DNA from: a virus
Strand: one strand, 5' to 3'
Virus record (IMG/VR): IMGVR_UViG_3300050500_000608
DNA length: 64,000 nt
The notes under the pieces were generated by a model, which saw only the letters and a list, made by a program, of their open reading frames with translations, did no database searches and was not told the origin of the DNA. The translations under genes and the position numbers were made by a program. Shown here piece by piece: positions 32,349 to 41,763 of the stretch (its first letter is position 1; each line of letters begins with the position of its first letter).

Positions 32349-32879
32349 CTACGGTGTTATACTTGTCGAACTTGTCAGACCTGATCCACCTGATGGCTGC
32401 TCCTGTGGGGTACCAAAAGATATCCCAAATCCTATCGCCATTGCCGGCAAAACTTCCACTGCTGTGAATCCCTCAATTGTCACAACCTCACCATCATCCA
32501 GATCAGCATCTGCAGTATATCTCAGCTCAGCTACTCCTTCACCAACTGCTATAACCTTCACCTTCAGCTGATCATTCGGATCTTCTTCTACCACAAAAAC
32601 ATCCGGGTTACTCGACATGAACTCCACCGAGTTCTCATCTACCTGGGCGGGTCTGCCCTTTGAATCCACCGGTTGTAGAGTACCTTCTACAAACTGGGTA
32701 GTTGTCAATGTCACTGCCATAATTTGTCCTTTAATTATTACGTTATCAAATTTAAGTTCCAGAAACATCCTCGGCCCACAACCTCTTCTCACCCATCCAA
32801 GTGCCAGCAGCGCCGCTACTACTACCGCCAAGCTGATGATAAGCATCATTTCTACTACTGAAGCCTGGATCATTATCAT
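32349..32879 (-). CDS. Membrane-anchored Ig-like domain protein
   Basis: N-terminal hydrophobic helix, then a BIG2-like beta sandwich (SSNPDVFVV...VAELRYTADADL). Confidence 0.55.
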   Translation of the reverse strand: MIMIQASVVEMMLIISLAVVVAALLALGWVRRGCGPRMFLELKFDNVIIKGQIMAVTLTTTQFVEGTLQPVDSKGRPAQVDENSVEFMSSNPDVFVVEEDPNDQLKVKVIAVGEGVAELRYTADADLDDGEVVTIEGFTAVEVLPAMAIGFGISFGTPQEQPSGGSGLTSSTSITP

Positions 32880-32912
32880 ACCATAATATATTACAAATCT
32901 CTTACCACAACA

Positions 32913-33359
32913 TTAATTCTTCTCCCTCTCCTTCAACGCTTCTCCGAGATAGATGATGCCCGGAGTATCAGTCCAGTATACCTTAGCATCCGCTCCCACT
33001 TTATACTTCTTCCTTCCATACTCATTTACTTCATCTGTCTCCTCAATCCCAATTTCATGTCCACCAAACACCAGCTCCACAATATCCTTAACCTTATGCC
33101 GGCTAAGTTCTACCTTTTTATCCTCTTCCTTATAATGATCATATATCACCTGCAACTGCTCTATCCTACTGAGCCTCATTATTTCCGTCCTCTTAACCGG
33201 CCCCCAAAGCCTGGGGTACATACTTTCAATCAACCCATATGGATCCTGTATATTCATCATAACCTTTGGTTTACCTTTTTGGGGAGCCTGCATAGTAGCA
33301 CTTTCGGCCCATCGCTCGTCCCACTTCTTCTTTCCTTCCACACCAGTCTGTATAATCAT
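32913..33359 (-). CDS. Hypothetical protein
   Basis: 148 aa ORF on the coding strand. Confidence 0.55.
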   Translation of the reverse strand: MIIQTGVEGKKKWDERWAESATMQAPQKGKPKVMMNIQDPYGLIESMYPRLWGPVKRTEIMRLSRIEQLQVIYDHYKEEDKKVELSRHKVKDIVELVFGGHEIGIEETDEVNEYGRKKYKVGADAKVYWTDTPGIIYLGEALKEREKN

Positions 33360-33619
33360 ACATTTATTATTCTTTCTCTGAGAGACGATGGTAGTAATTT
33401 TACACCCTGCTCTGACAGTATAAATATACCATCACTATTCCGGCTACCTCTAAACCTATAGAACCCGGCAACCCTATCAACTTTCACCCCCGGCCTGTCA
33501 AGCCACCAGGTGACCTGGCCCACCAGCTCCTCTACCTTCTGCACATTGATCTTATCCATTTTTATAAAATTACTCAAGTTCGAACAACAATTCCAATGCT
33601 GCCTCGCTTCATAATTCAA
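33356..33619 (-). CDS. Hypothetical protein
   Basis: 87 aa ORF on the coding strand; start uncertain. Confidence 0.45.
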   Translation of the reverse strand: MNYEARQHWNCCSNLSNFIKMDKINVQKVEELVGQVTWWLDRPGVKVDRVAGFYRFRGSRNSDGIFILSEQGVKLLPSSLRERIINV

Positions 33620-33807
33620 ATATACTTCCTTCCTCTGAGAGAGGTTAGGTGTAACTCGCCATTGATCGCATGTATGCCATACCCACCATGTTGCAGTATC
33701 CTGCTTATCACAAAAAGCAGATCCAACCCTTGTGTCCTGGTCCGAAAGAATTTACCGGTCCGCAACTCAAAAAGTATCAAATGACAGGCTTCCATATTTG
33801 TTCGGGT

Positions 33808-34080
33808 TTAGCTCATTCCAAAGTTACTCTTTTCTCTGAGAGAGCTGAGATGTTCCTGGCGAACGGATTGTTCCACATCATAAGCCATCTTGGCCCTCAA
33901 ATAATTAAACAACATCTGCTGTGGCCTCATTATATCTACCATGCTAAGTCCCGTCTTGTCCCGCTTTTCCATATCCTCAACCGCTTTCTTCAAACCTTCC
34001 AAAATAGGATCTTCCTGTTCATTCATATTCTTGGTTTTTAGTATAAACAAAAGTAACCTACATTTGCCTTCCATGTTCAC
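33808..34080 (-). CDS. Hypothetical protein, first gene of the leftward arm
   Basis: 90 aa ORF; the true start is probably MNEQEDP. Confidence 0.45.
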   Translation of the reverse strand: MNMEGKCRLLLFILKTKNMNEQEDPILEGLKKAVEDMEKRDKTGLSMVDIMRPQQMLFNYLRAKMAYDVEQSVRQEHLSSLREKSNFGMS

Positions 34081-34424
34081 TTACAAGAAATCATGCTTCG
34101 AGCGGCGGCTTACCCAAAAGACCAAAGTGCTTATATGGATCAACCCCAGACTAAATATTCGAAACGCCACTCTCTACAATGGCAGAATAGATAAGTCCTA
34201 TGTTGAACCCCTCTACCTTTTTCGAGTCAAATCCTTTAAGATTTACTAACGGTGGGGCTTGAAAAAACCCGGGTTTTGGCTCCACTAACACTTGTTAGCT
34301 TTCTTCATATTCTCTTGATTGTCATTTCCTTGCACCAAAAGTTTTCGCATAACCATGATTTCCCATTTTTTCTCCCATTTTTGAAAGCTTTTTATGTGTA
34401 TAGGTTGGATAGGTACACCATCCC

Positions 34425-34480
34425 ATGACCCCCCGGTCAAAGCGCAGGTCGGGGGTACCCCCCCATAACCCTTTGGGGCA
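34425..34480. other. GC-rich palindrome cluster at the strand switch
   Basis: GGGGGTACCCCC at 34451-34462 plus flanking C/G runs. Confidence 0.6.
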
Positions 34481-34523
34481 CTTGTGATTATGTGTTTCTT
34501 CATAACTTAAAAATATCAACTTT

Positions 34524-34949
34524 ATGGCTAAAGTAAGTGGTGCAGACGTTTACACTGCAATCGGCGTAGATAAAGCCGAGCAAACTATTTCGAGCGGCCC
34601 AAATCAGGGTCAGCCTTATTATCGTGCCAGGTACGACGGTAAGGGATTCGTCATTACTCCTGAATTCCTAAAGGACTGGGAATCAGGCAATATCGTCGAG
34701 GTGAATCTCACTGAGAGCGAGTATCAGAGCGATGATCCGCTGAATCCTGGTGAGAAGATTACGCGCAAGGGCTGGCAGATGACGGCATATGGTACTATTG
34801 CGCAGCTCGAAGGCGTCGCTAAGAATGAAGGTCGCCTTGCGAAAGTGCGTAAGCAGAACGAGATTGATCTGCAAATCCTTGAGAGCCAGGCACTTGATTC
34901 GCTGAAGTTGAGCGATAAGATGATTGCCCAGCTGAAGGGCGCGATCTAA
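34524..34949 (+). CDS. Hypothetical protein, first rightward gene
   Basis: 141 aa with an AT-rich start context, followed by hairpins. Confidence 0.7.
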   Translation: MAKVSGADVYTAIGVDKAEQTISSGPNQGQPYYRARYDGKGFVITPEFLKDWESGNIVEVNLTESEYQSDDPLNPGEKITRKGWQMTAYGTIAQLEGVAKNEGRLAKVRKQNEIDLQILESQALDSLKLSDKMIAQLKGAI

Positions 34950-35006
34950 TTCGCGCTCTTCCCCTTCGGGGTTCTATTTTCGCCCCGTAACACTTTGATT
35001 ATCACC

Positions 35007-35060
35007 TTGATGTGATGAAAAACGCTTGATGTGAGGTGAAATCTTTGATGTGATGCAAAA
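35007..35060 (+). repeat. Three direct repeats with 19-bp period (TTGATGTGA core)
   Basis: TTGATGTGA at 35007, 35026 and 35045; related copies near 35347 and 35403. Confidence 0.75.
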
Positions 35061-35984
35061 CCTACGGATAGATTTGATTGTCAGACAGTTATGTGAGTGT
35101 ATAAGAGGGTTGGACAGGCATATAAAAACGATATGGACTACTGTTTTTTTATGATCTGTCCACTCTTATACTCTACAGTTTAACTGATCTCTTATCCCAC
35201 TATGCTAATCATTGTACTCATTGTCTAATAGGCCACTGTTGCGGGATATTTAATGGTTACCCTATAATGGCTATAAATAGAAATGGATATTATTCTCTCT
35301 CAGAGATAGGATACATTGTGCTTAACTGGCTGATAATGAATATCCTTTGTGAGGTGAGAAACCTTTGGCCTTTTCGTTGATTGTTCATTTTATTGAATGG
35401 TGTTTGATGTGATCAGTGACTCGCTATAGTATGGTCTCATTAGTGATGTAAGCATATGAACTCTGTGTTGATAAATAATGAGATCATACTTAATAGCGCA
35501 GGCAACCAATATTTTACGATTAAATAATACTGTATTTATGAGCAATAATCCAAATGAAGTAGTTGATATAATCCTTGCACTTATCTCTGAGGAGATGGTA
35601 AAGAGGGAGCGAAAAGATGGGCCTGTGACATGGTTTGAGCTAATACATATTATTTCCATTGTGAAAGTGAAACTTCAGATGGGTATTAAACCAGAACAAT
35701 ATGAATAATAATAAATCTATGTCCACGGACTATTGTTCGTGCTGATGAAAAGTAAATAAAGAGAGTTATTAGTACTGTTCCCAAACTGGTAGCACAGTTT
35801 ACATGAATCCTCGTGGCTTTAAGTAGCAAGGTAGGTTAGAGGGAGGGAATAAGGATAGGGTTGAGATACATTGCGCCCTTACAGTACGCTGTATCCTCAC
35901 AGCAGTAGCTCTCTATATTTATGACCTAATTGAGGGTCGAAACAGATAAAACCTGATTTGTAAACAATTCAAACTTAGCGTAGT

Positions 35985-36521
35985 ATGAAATCATTACATG
36001 TGGTGAATGAATCAATCACCCAAATGCCACCTTTCAACAAGACAATCAGTATTGAAGTAGATGTTGACATGATCAACCGTAAGTTCCTTGATCTATTGCC
36101 TGAAGACTATAAGCACCGCGAGGTGCTAAGCCATGCTGTTATTGGATCAGCTGTTGAGAAGGGCAATATAGGATATATTTATAATGCTCTCAATGGCTAT
36201 GATAATAGCATTGATTTCAAGGAAGGCGATAGAGTTATCTGCACAGAGACAGAAAGAGTGGAATATTACGATGCGAATAAAGAAGGAGAAGATGGCACAC
36301 TTGTGATAGGATGGGTAGATCCACATCCAGACGACGCTATCTACAAACCTGACTGGAAGACGCGTTCTGTTATTATTGGTGAATGCATAGTAAAATCTAT
36401 TAATCTGTATGCCAGTGATAAACTGCAGGTGGAATTCGCAACAGCTCATCATTACAAGCCAGGCGTAATGAAACAGGTCATACGCCAGGTAAATCATAAG
36501 AACTGTACCCGCGTAATATAA
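35985..36521 (+). CDS. Hypothetical protein
   Basis: 178 aa, followed by a terminator at 36527-36550. Confidence 0.65.
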   Translation: MKSLHVVNESITQMPPFNKTISIEVDVDMINRKFLDLLPEDYKHREVLSHAVIGSAVEKGNIGYIYNALNGYDNSIDFKEGDRVICTETERVEYYDANKEGEDGTLVIGWVDPHPDDAIYKPDWKTRSVIIGECIVKSINLYASDKLQVEFATAHHYKPGVMKQVIRQVNHKNCTRVI

Positions 36522-36568
36522 GGCATAGGGAGAGCAATCTCCCTCTTTTTAATCTTAATCGCAATAAA

Positions 36569-36847
36569 ATGGCACATAAACCCAAATCTCACTGGAACTA
36601 TCGCATTATGGCTCATGCCCCAACAGAAGATGCAAAAGATGAAGTCTATCTGCAAATGCATGAGGTCTATTACAAAAAGGGTAAGCCCAAATCCTATACG
36701 ACAGAGCCTATTATAGTTGGATCTGAAGATAAAAAGGGTATCAGGTGGTCACTCAGACAGATGAAAAGGGCACTGAAAAAGCCTATCCTTTGGCATGGTG
36801 ACCGATTCCCTGGTAAATACAAGCCTGGCAAAAACATTAAATCCTAA
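36569..36847 (+). CDS. Phage hypothetical protein (WNYRI...HEVYY motif)
   Basis: 92 aa. Confidence 0.65.
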   Translation: MAHKPKSHWNYRIMAHAPTEDAKDEVYLQMHEVYYKKGKPKSYTTEPIIVGSEDKKGIRWSLRQMKRALKKPILWHGDRFPGKYKPGKNIKS

Positions 36848-36850
36848 TAT

Positions 36851-37060
36851 ATGAGCAAAATATTAACTGCTAAGAACATTATGCAGGATCTCAGTGTCCG
36901 TGAGTTGAAAATACTGCAGCGCTGGATAACTGATGAAATAGCTATCAAAGAACGTAATCAGGAGCTCTCTGAGAGTAAGAAGATTCCTATTGAGGCTGAA
37001 AGCAGAGCTGACAGAGCAGGGAAACAAACGGCCAAAACGCTTACCAATTATGGACAATAA
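36851..37060 (+). CDS. Hypothetical protein
   Basis: 69 aa, coupled to neighbours. Confidence 0.5.
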   Translation: MSKILTAKNIMQDLSVRELKILQRWITDEIAIKERNQELSESKKIPIEAESRADRAGKQTAKTLTNYGQ

Positions 37061-37523
37061 AAATAATACGGACTGGTCTGAGCATCGTCCTGCTGAGTTC
37101 AAGTACAACGGGAGATGGATACATAACTGGTTTAGTAATATGCTCTCTTCTCCAATAACCATTGATGGAATCCGGTACAACAGCGTTGAGAACTATTACC
37201 AGGCTATGAAATCTCTTGATCCGGATGATTGGGAGAGAGTAGCTATTATGTCTCCTTCCGGATCTAAGAAATGGGGCAGAAAGACTAAGCTGCGTCCTGA
37301 CTGGGAGCTTGTGAAAAGGGACGTGATGAAAAAGGCACTATTGGAGAAGTTTTCACACGAACCCTGGACTATAATGCTCAAAGCCACAGGAATTGAGGTC
37401 ATTGTTGAGTGGAATAACTGGGGTGATAGAATATGGGGTGTTGAAATCAGTGATAATAAAGGTCAAAACCTACTGGGTAAATTGCTTATGGAGATCAGGG
37501 AGGATCTCAAACATGGAAAATAA
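37050..37523 (+). CDS. NADAR (YbiA-like) ADP-ribosylhydrolase family protein
   Basis: WFSNM...YNSVENYYQAMK...RPDWELVK...LLEKF...EWNNWGDRIWGV...GQNLLGKLLMEIR. Start re-assigned to ATG 37050. Confidence 0.9.
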   Translation: MDNKNNTDWSEHRPAEFKYNGRWIHNWFSNMLSSPITIDGIRYNSVENYYQAMKSLDPDDWERVAIMSPSGSKKWGRKTKLRPDWELVKRDVMKKALLEKFSHEPWTIMLKATGIEVIVEWNNWGDRIWGVEISDNKGQNLLGKLLMEIREDLKHGK

Positions 37524-37710
37524 TACACCTCTCTCGGAGAGAGAGAAGAGTTTACTTGCACTGGCCCTATTTGGCCTGGGCTTGAGACACAAAGAACAGA
37601 TTACACCTGAAGAGGTGGGAACTATTGCCCAGAAACTGGGTGTTGCGCCACTTCTTGCCGAATATGCTGAAGACTGGCTGGCACATAGTGAAAAGCTACC
37701 TAAGGCATAA
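37513..37710 (+). CDS. Hypothetical protein (paralog of the C-half of 38118-38519)
   Basis: LSEREKSLLALALF versus LSKKEKELIALALF. Confidence 0.55.
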   Translation: MENNTPLSEREKSLLALALFGLGLRHKEQITPEEVGTIAQKLGVAPLLAEYAEDWLAHSEKLPKA

Positions 37711-37786
37711 TATTCGTATCTTGGTGATCAGACCTGAAATCAAAAAAAATGCTCTTCGTTAGATTTGGATTGTTATTGCAAAATGG

Positions 37787-37816
37787 AGGGTATCGTGAAA
37801 TGCGATACCCTTTTTT
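37787..37816 (+). terminator. Intrinsic terminator
   Basis: AGGGTATCG/CGATACCCT stem plus T-run. Confidence 0.7.
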
Positions 37817-37843
37817 ATTACAACACTAAAAACGACTATTTAT

Positions 37844-38101
37844 ATGAGAAAACTATTAATCTATCTGGTGCTTTGTACTGGTCTGGCTGGCTGTGCACGA
37901 TCATGCGAAGGATGTAATCGTGACCTTCAGATGGGATCTCGTACCTATGAAGTAATTATGTATAGTGGCGGCGATACAGTATTCTATGACAAATTCAATG
38001 GAATTGTTAATAACTCTGAGAATAGTGATGGTTGTTACTATCATAAAGGAGATACACTTATTGAAGTGAGCGGAGACTATATAATCAAATCTGTAGATTA
38101 A
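37844..38101 (+). CDS. Putative lipoprotein
   Basis: Signal peptide with lipobox LAGC. Confidence 0.65.
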   Translation: MRKLLIYLVLCTGLAGCARSCEGCNRDLQMGSRTYEVIMYSGGDTVFYDKFNGIVNNSENSDGCYYHKGDTLIEVSGDYIIKSVD

Positions 38102-38117
38102 TCTCAAAAATCTTTTT

Positions 38118-38519
38118 ATGAACCGACAACTTGTATATCTCATTGTAGGTGTTCCAATGCTCTTCGTATTTGACTTCTCTCTGAGATCGGGTAATCTCGT
38201 ACTGGTGTATGTCAGCATGATGGTTATAAGCGCCTGTGCAGTACTGGCCATAATGTATGAGCCTACCCATAAGGCTATCAAGAAGGCTTCCAAACCCGAA
38301 CTGTCCGAATCCATATTAGTGACACTCAGTAAGAAAGAGAAGGAGTTAATAGCCCTTGCTCTATTTAGCATATATGCACATGTGCCTGACAAGGTCACGT
38401 TGGAAGTAGCCTATCACATCGCCATCAAACTTGGAATAAAGAAGGAACTTGTGAGCTATATTCGTGATGCTGAAATAGAGAGATATAAGAAAGGCACTAA
38501 TTTTCCAGACCAAAACTGA
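38118..38519 (+). CDS. Membrane protein
   Basis: Two N-terminal hydrophobic helices. Confidence 0.6.
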   Translation: MNRQLVYLIVGVPMLFVFDFSLRSGNLVLVYVSMMVISACAVLAIMYEPTHKAIKKASKPELSESILVTLSKKEKELIALALFSIYAHVPDKVTLEVAYHIAIKLGIKKELVSYIRDAEIERYKKGTNFPDQN

Positions 38520-38525
38520 ATTGTA

Positions 38526-38741
38526 ATGCGCAAAATTATTTGGATCTCTGGACACATGCCCGGTAATCATACTCAGGATACCTATCAGCAGTCTATTGAG
38601 CAGCTTGCAACCTATGTGGGCGGAGAATGTGTGCACTTTGGTACGGATGGATTTGCTGTTATAGGCGATGAGGAAGGAGAGAAGAGAATAGCATTACTGA
38701 ACGAGGAGAAAAAGGAAGCATCTAAATCAATAACATCATGA
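38526..38741 (+). CDS. Hypothetical protein
   Basis: 71 aa, in operon. Confidence 0.5.
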   Translation: MRKIIWISGHMPGNHTQDTYQQSIEQLATYVGGECVHFGTDGFAVIGDEEGEKRIALLNEEKKEASKSITS

Positions 38742-39034
38742 ATACTATCCAGGGTACTTACGAAAATCATGAGTCCCTACGCATGCGAATGATGCAGGGG
38801 GATTCGCGCTGCCCTATACAGATAGATGATCGTGTAGAGAAAATCAATACTGAACCCGGCGACGCTACGGAAGATGGTCATCTGGGATACTGTCGGGGCA
38901 ATACCTATATCGGCGATGGACTATGTGCATACCTCGTAGAATGGGATGGCTTGGTATTGCCTGCTGAAGTAAACGGTGATCCTGTAATAGTGCCATATGT
39001 ATTTATAGGCTCGTCAAGAGTAAAGAAAGTCTGA
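38738..39034 (+). CDS. SH3-like hypothetical protein
   Basis: IQIDDRVEK...GYCRG...YLVEWD pattern; terminator at 39052-39092. Confidence 0.5.
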   Translation: MNTIQGTYENHESLRMRMMQGDSRCPIQIDDRVEKINTEPGDATEDGHLGYCRGNTYIGDGLCAYLVEWDGLVLPAEVNGDPVIVPYVFIGSSRVKKV

Positions 39035-39110
39035 TCCGGTCTTTACATATGTTAGCCCAATAACCAGGTCGGTGGGTGAGGGCTAATTTTTTAACCCTTA
39101 AAACTTAAAT

Positions 39111-39296
39111 ATGAAAAAATGGGAATACATAATAGTCGTAAGATCTGTAGATATTGAGAATAGACTTGATCATGACCAATTCCTGAATCGTATGGGAGGG
39201 GAAGGCTGGGAACACTATATGAAAGAATCAGACGAACGCTCACGTGCAGAAAGATATTATTTCAAGCGTGCTATCGAAGATTCCGATAAGCACTAA
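39111..39296 (+). CDS. DUF4177-like small protein
   Basis: WEY...LNRMGGEGWE...YFKR. Confidence 0.6.
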   Translation: MKKWEYIIVVRSVDIENRLDHDQFLNRMGGEGWEHYMKESDERSRAERYYFKRAIEDSDKH

Positions 39297-39515
39297 ATTC
39301 GCTTTCGCATAAAGCCCTGGCTACTCACGCCAGGAAAGGGATAATGATTAATGGCACAGCCCGGAGATTTCGCATCTCGCGGGCTTTGTTTAATGTAGCT
39401 ACTGAAGGAGACAAGCGGGCCCAGGCCCATGGATAACTGGGTTCCCCTCTCCTCCAGTACAGGTCACAAGCCCTGAAGCACTAATGTGTATACAGAGTGA
39501 ACAAAACTAAATTAT

Positions 39516-39620
39516 ATGACTATAAGTGTGATCGCAGCTGCGGTAGCTATTGCGATATTTGCTGCTGTGGGTATAGTAGCCCTAGGTGACAAGAAATCTG
39601 TTGATAAAGAAAAAAACTGA
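39516..39620 (+). CDS. Small membrane protein (34 aa)
   Basis: Hand translation MTISVIAAAVAIAIFAAVGIVALGDKKSVDKEKN. Confidence 0.5.
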   Translation: MTISVIAAAVAIAIFAAVGIVALGDKKSVDKEKN

Positions 39621-39625
39621 TTTGT

Positions 39626-40090
39626 ATGTCTAAACATTACACTCTCGAAGAATTACTTAATATGACTCAGGTGATGAAACGTAAAGGATGGTCTGCTATC
39701 TATATTAAGGAGCAGGGAGTATTTAAAGTGTCTAAGCGATATCTCCACATCTTAATGGATCCTGGTATGTTCCAGGAAATATTTATAGAGCGTGCTGGCA
39801 GGAGCTATATAAATCGCGGCATTCCTATGAGTAAACATAATATGTTTACAGCAGATTTGCGCGTAGGTGCAATGTTATATATTGATGATGAGTATTATGT
39901 GGTACTTTCTATCGGATGTGCAATGCATCGTGGTGGTAATTTGCAAGCTGCGCGCGATTTTGCAATAGTAGCTCATGTATCAATAGAAGACTTAGTGCTT
40001 TGCAACCTTGAGCTCCACCCTGCTCCTGATAGTATTGATGCCATAATGTATTTGTCAAAAATAGACGTTCACAAAACACATTTAAACTGA
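39626..40090 (+). CDS. Hypothetical protein
   Basis: 154 aa; shares a motif with the next gene. Confidence 0.55.
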   Translation: MSKHYTLEELLNMTQVMKRKGWSAIYIKEQGVFKVSKRYLHILMDPGMFQEIFIERAGRSYINRGIPMSKHNMFTADLRVGAMLYIDDEYYVVLSIGCAMHRGGNLQAARDFAIVAHVSIEDLVLCNLELHPAPDSIDAIMYLSKIDVHKTHLN

Positions 40091-40094
40091 TTAT

Positions 40095-40670
40095 ATGGCA
40101 AAAACCGAGACATTGAATCCAAAAAAGAGATATACTGCACGTAGCCTTAAGCAAGGTCAACTACTTGAGATAGATGGTATAAATTATGTAGTACTGATAA
40201 TAGGTGCTATGTGGGGGAAGGGTACATTCACCCGTAGAGGTGAACAATTGCTCCCTGCTCATAACCGTGCTATTATAGCACCTTATGATGACCCCGGTAC
40301 TAACCTCAACCTGGTATTACATAATCATGACGCCGAAGAGGCACAGGATGATCGAGATGTCATGGAGCAATGGAGCAAGTTTGATCTCTCTGAGGAGCAA
40401 AGAGAGCGAATTCTAAATACACCTATCAATGTTACTGAATATGGTGATCGCACATATTTGCAGAACCTTCTGTTTAGTGTGCACTCCCATCCGCCTGAGG
40501 GTTTGGGTATCATATACAGTGAGGTAGATCTTGAGCGTGTGTGTGATCATATGATCAATTACCTGGAATCCAAAAAGGTGCATGATATCAGTCCCGAAAC
40601 ACTTGCTTTTTTCAATGGTAAAATAGAAGCGTTCGAAGAAATGAAAGCATTTTTCTCACATAAATCGTAA
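40095..40670 (+). CDS. Hypothetical protein
   Basis: 191 aa; LKQGQLLEIDGINYVVL versus LRVGAMLYIDDEYYVVL in the previous gene. Confidence 0.55.
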   Translation: MAKTETLNPKKRYTARSLKQGQLLEIDGINYVVLIIGAMWGKGTFTRRGEQLLPAHNRAIIAPYDDPGTNLNLVLHNHDAEEAQDDRDVMEQWSKFDLSEEQRERILNTPINVTEYGDRTYLQNLLFSVHSHPPEGLGIIYSEVDLERVCDHMINYLESKKVHDISPETLAFFNGKIEAFEEMKAFFSHKS

Positions 40671-40674
40671 TACT

Positions 40675-40962
40675 ATGCAAGGGTTCACAATACTACTGAC
40701 TATATTTCTTGTCCTGGGCTTTGCATCGCTTGCTCTTTTAGAATACAAGATCAGAAAGGCACGGAAGTTACGCGATAAACTCGTTGAGCTTGCAAGGAGA
40801 GGACCTGAAGTATTTGGCAGTAGTGAGAAGTTTGACAGGTGGTTAGGTAGCGAGATCCAAGCCTTGGGTGGCGTGAAGCCTATAACTATGATCCACACTG
40901 TAGAGGATGTGGATAAGCTACTAACCATACTGGGGAGGATAGAGTATGGCGTGTATTCTTAA
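40675..40962 (+). CDS. MbcA/ParS/Xre antitoxin C-terminal domain (DUF2384-like) with N-terminal TM helix
   Basis: EVFGSSEKFDRWLGSEIQALGGVKPITMI...LGRIEYGVYS matches the DUF2384 pattern. Terminator at 41091-41126. Confidence 0.8.
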   Translation: MQGFTILLTIFLVLGFASLALLEYKIRKARKLRDKLVELARRGPEVFGSSEKFDRWLGSEIQALGGVKPITMIHTVEDVDKLLTILGRIEYGVYS

Positions 40963-41144
40963 AACTACTATCATGGAAAAATATGCTGACCTATAGGTAG
41001 ACGATGTCCTTTTTCACTGAACAATCCAAAGAACTTATTTTATCTTGATATTCATCTACGCTACAAATCAGGCCTTAACCAAGGACTCTAAAGCCCGCAC
41101 ATTTCTATGTGGCGGGCTGATTTTTTAATCTTAAATCCTTATAT

Positions 41145-41348
41145 ATGTGGAAACAAATATTTCGAGCAGTTGCAGGTTCGGCTTTCTTGGGTTTTATAGC
41201 AGTGATATTCTGCTATACACATGACATGGCTATAGAAGGAAATGAATGGCTGTTGGGTCTGGTCTCTTTTGCTATCATCCTGCTTGCTGTAGGAGCTGCG
41301 TGGATGTTTGCATCTATGGTTAACAATGACATGGTAGATAAATGGTAA
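41145..41348 (+). CDS. Two-TM membrane protein
   Basis: Two hydrophobic helices. Confidence 0.55.
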   Translation: MWKQIFRAVAGSAFLGFIAVIFCYTHDMAIEGNEWLLGLVSFAIILLAVGAAWMFASMVNNDMVDKW

Positions 41349-41740
41349 AATCTCAAATTTATATGCTATTGGAAATACTTAATTCAATAATCGCTCATAA
41401 AAAACGAATCATGGAAGTAAGCAGCAGATTACACACACAAAAAAATCTGGTTACACTCGGCGAGCTCGTCGATATGGTTAAGGATAACAACTGGAAGAAG
41501 GGTGTATCCTATATACTTTTCGAGGCACTTGACGTGAAGAATAACAAATGGAAGGAAAGGGGTGCCGTCGAGTCTGTAAGTAATATTGAAAATATTGATT
41601 TCAATTCGAAGGAGGGGGTCCTTCTGATAGTAACGCCCGGGATGCATCTTCAATTCTCTGGTGTTACAGAGAGTACGCTAATACGAGAGATTGTGACAAG
41701 CAATGACCCGAACTTTCGTATCACTGCCTATACAACCTAA
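41342..41740 (+). CDS. Hypothetical protein
   Basis: 132 aa. Confidence 0.55.
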   Translation: MVKSQIYMLLEILNSIIAHKKRIMEVSSRLHTQKNLVTLGELVDMVKDNNWKKGVSYILFEALDVKNNKWKERGAVESVSNIENIDFNSKEGVLLIVTPGMHLQFSGVTESTLIREIVTSNDPNFRITAYTT

Positions 41741-41763
41741 GACAATCATCAAAAACTCATTTT

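Noticed and set aside
254-33784. Plus-strand ORFs inside the structural arm, and minus-strand ORFs in the accessory arm (e.g. 63057-63314)
   Set aside because: Antisense shadows of real genes or of the ncRNA; no motifs or start context.
34285-34519. 72-aa and 65-aa ORFs across the palindrome cluster
   Set aside because: They overlap the GC palindromes, lack recognisable features and are probably incidental.
37728-41060. Phage-specific promoter consensus (TATCTTG at about 37738, 41041 and minus strand 31817)
   Set aside because: Too few and too short to distinguish from chance or from the host TAnnTTTG -7 element without TSS data.
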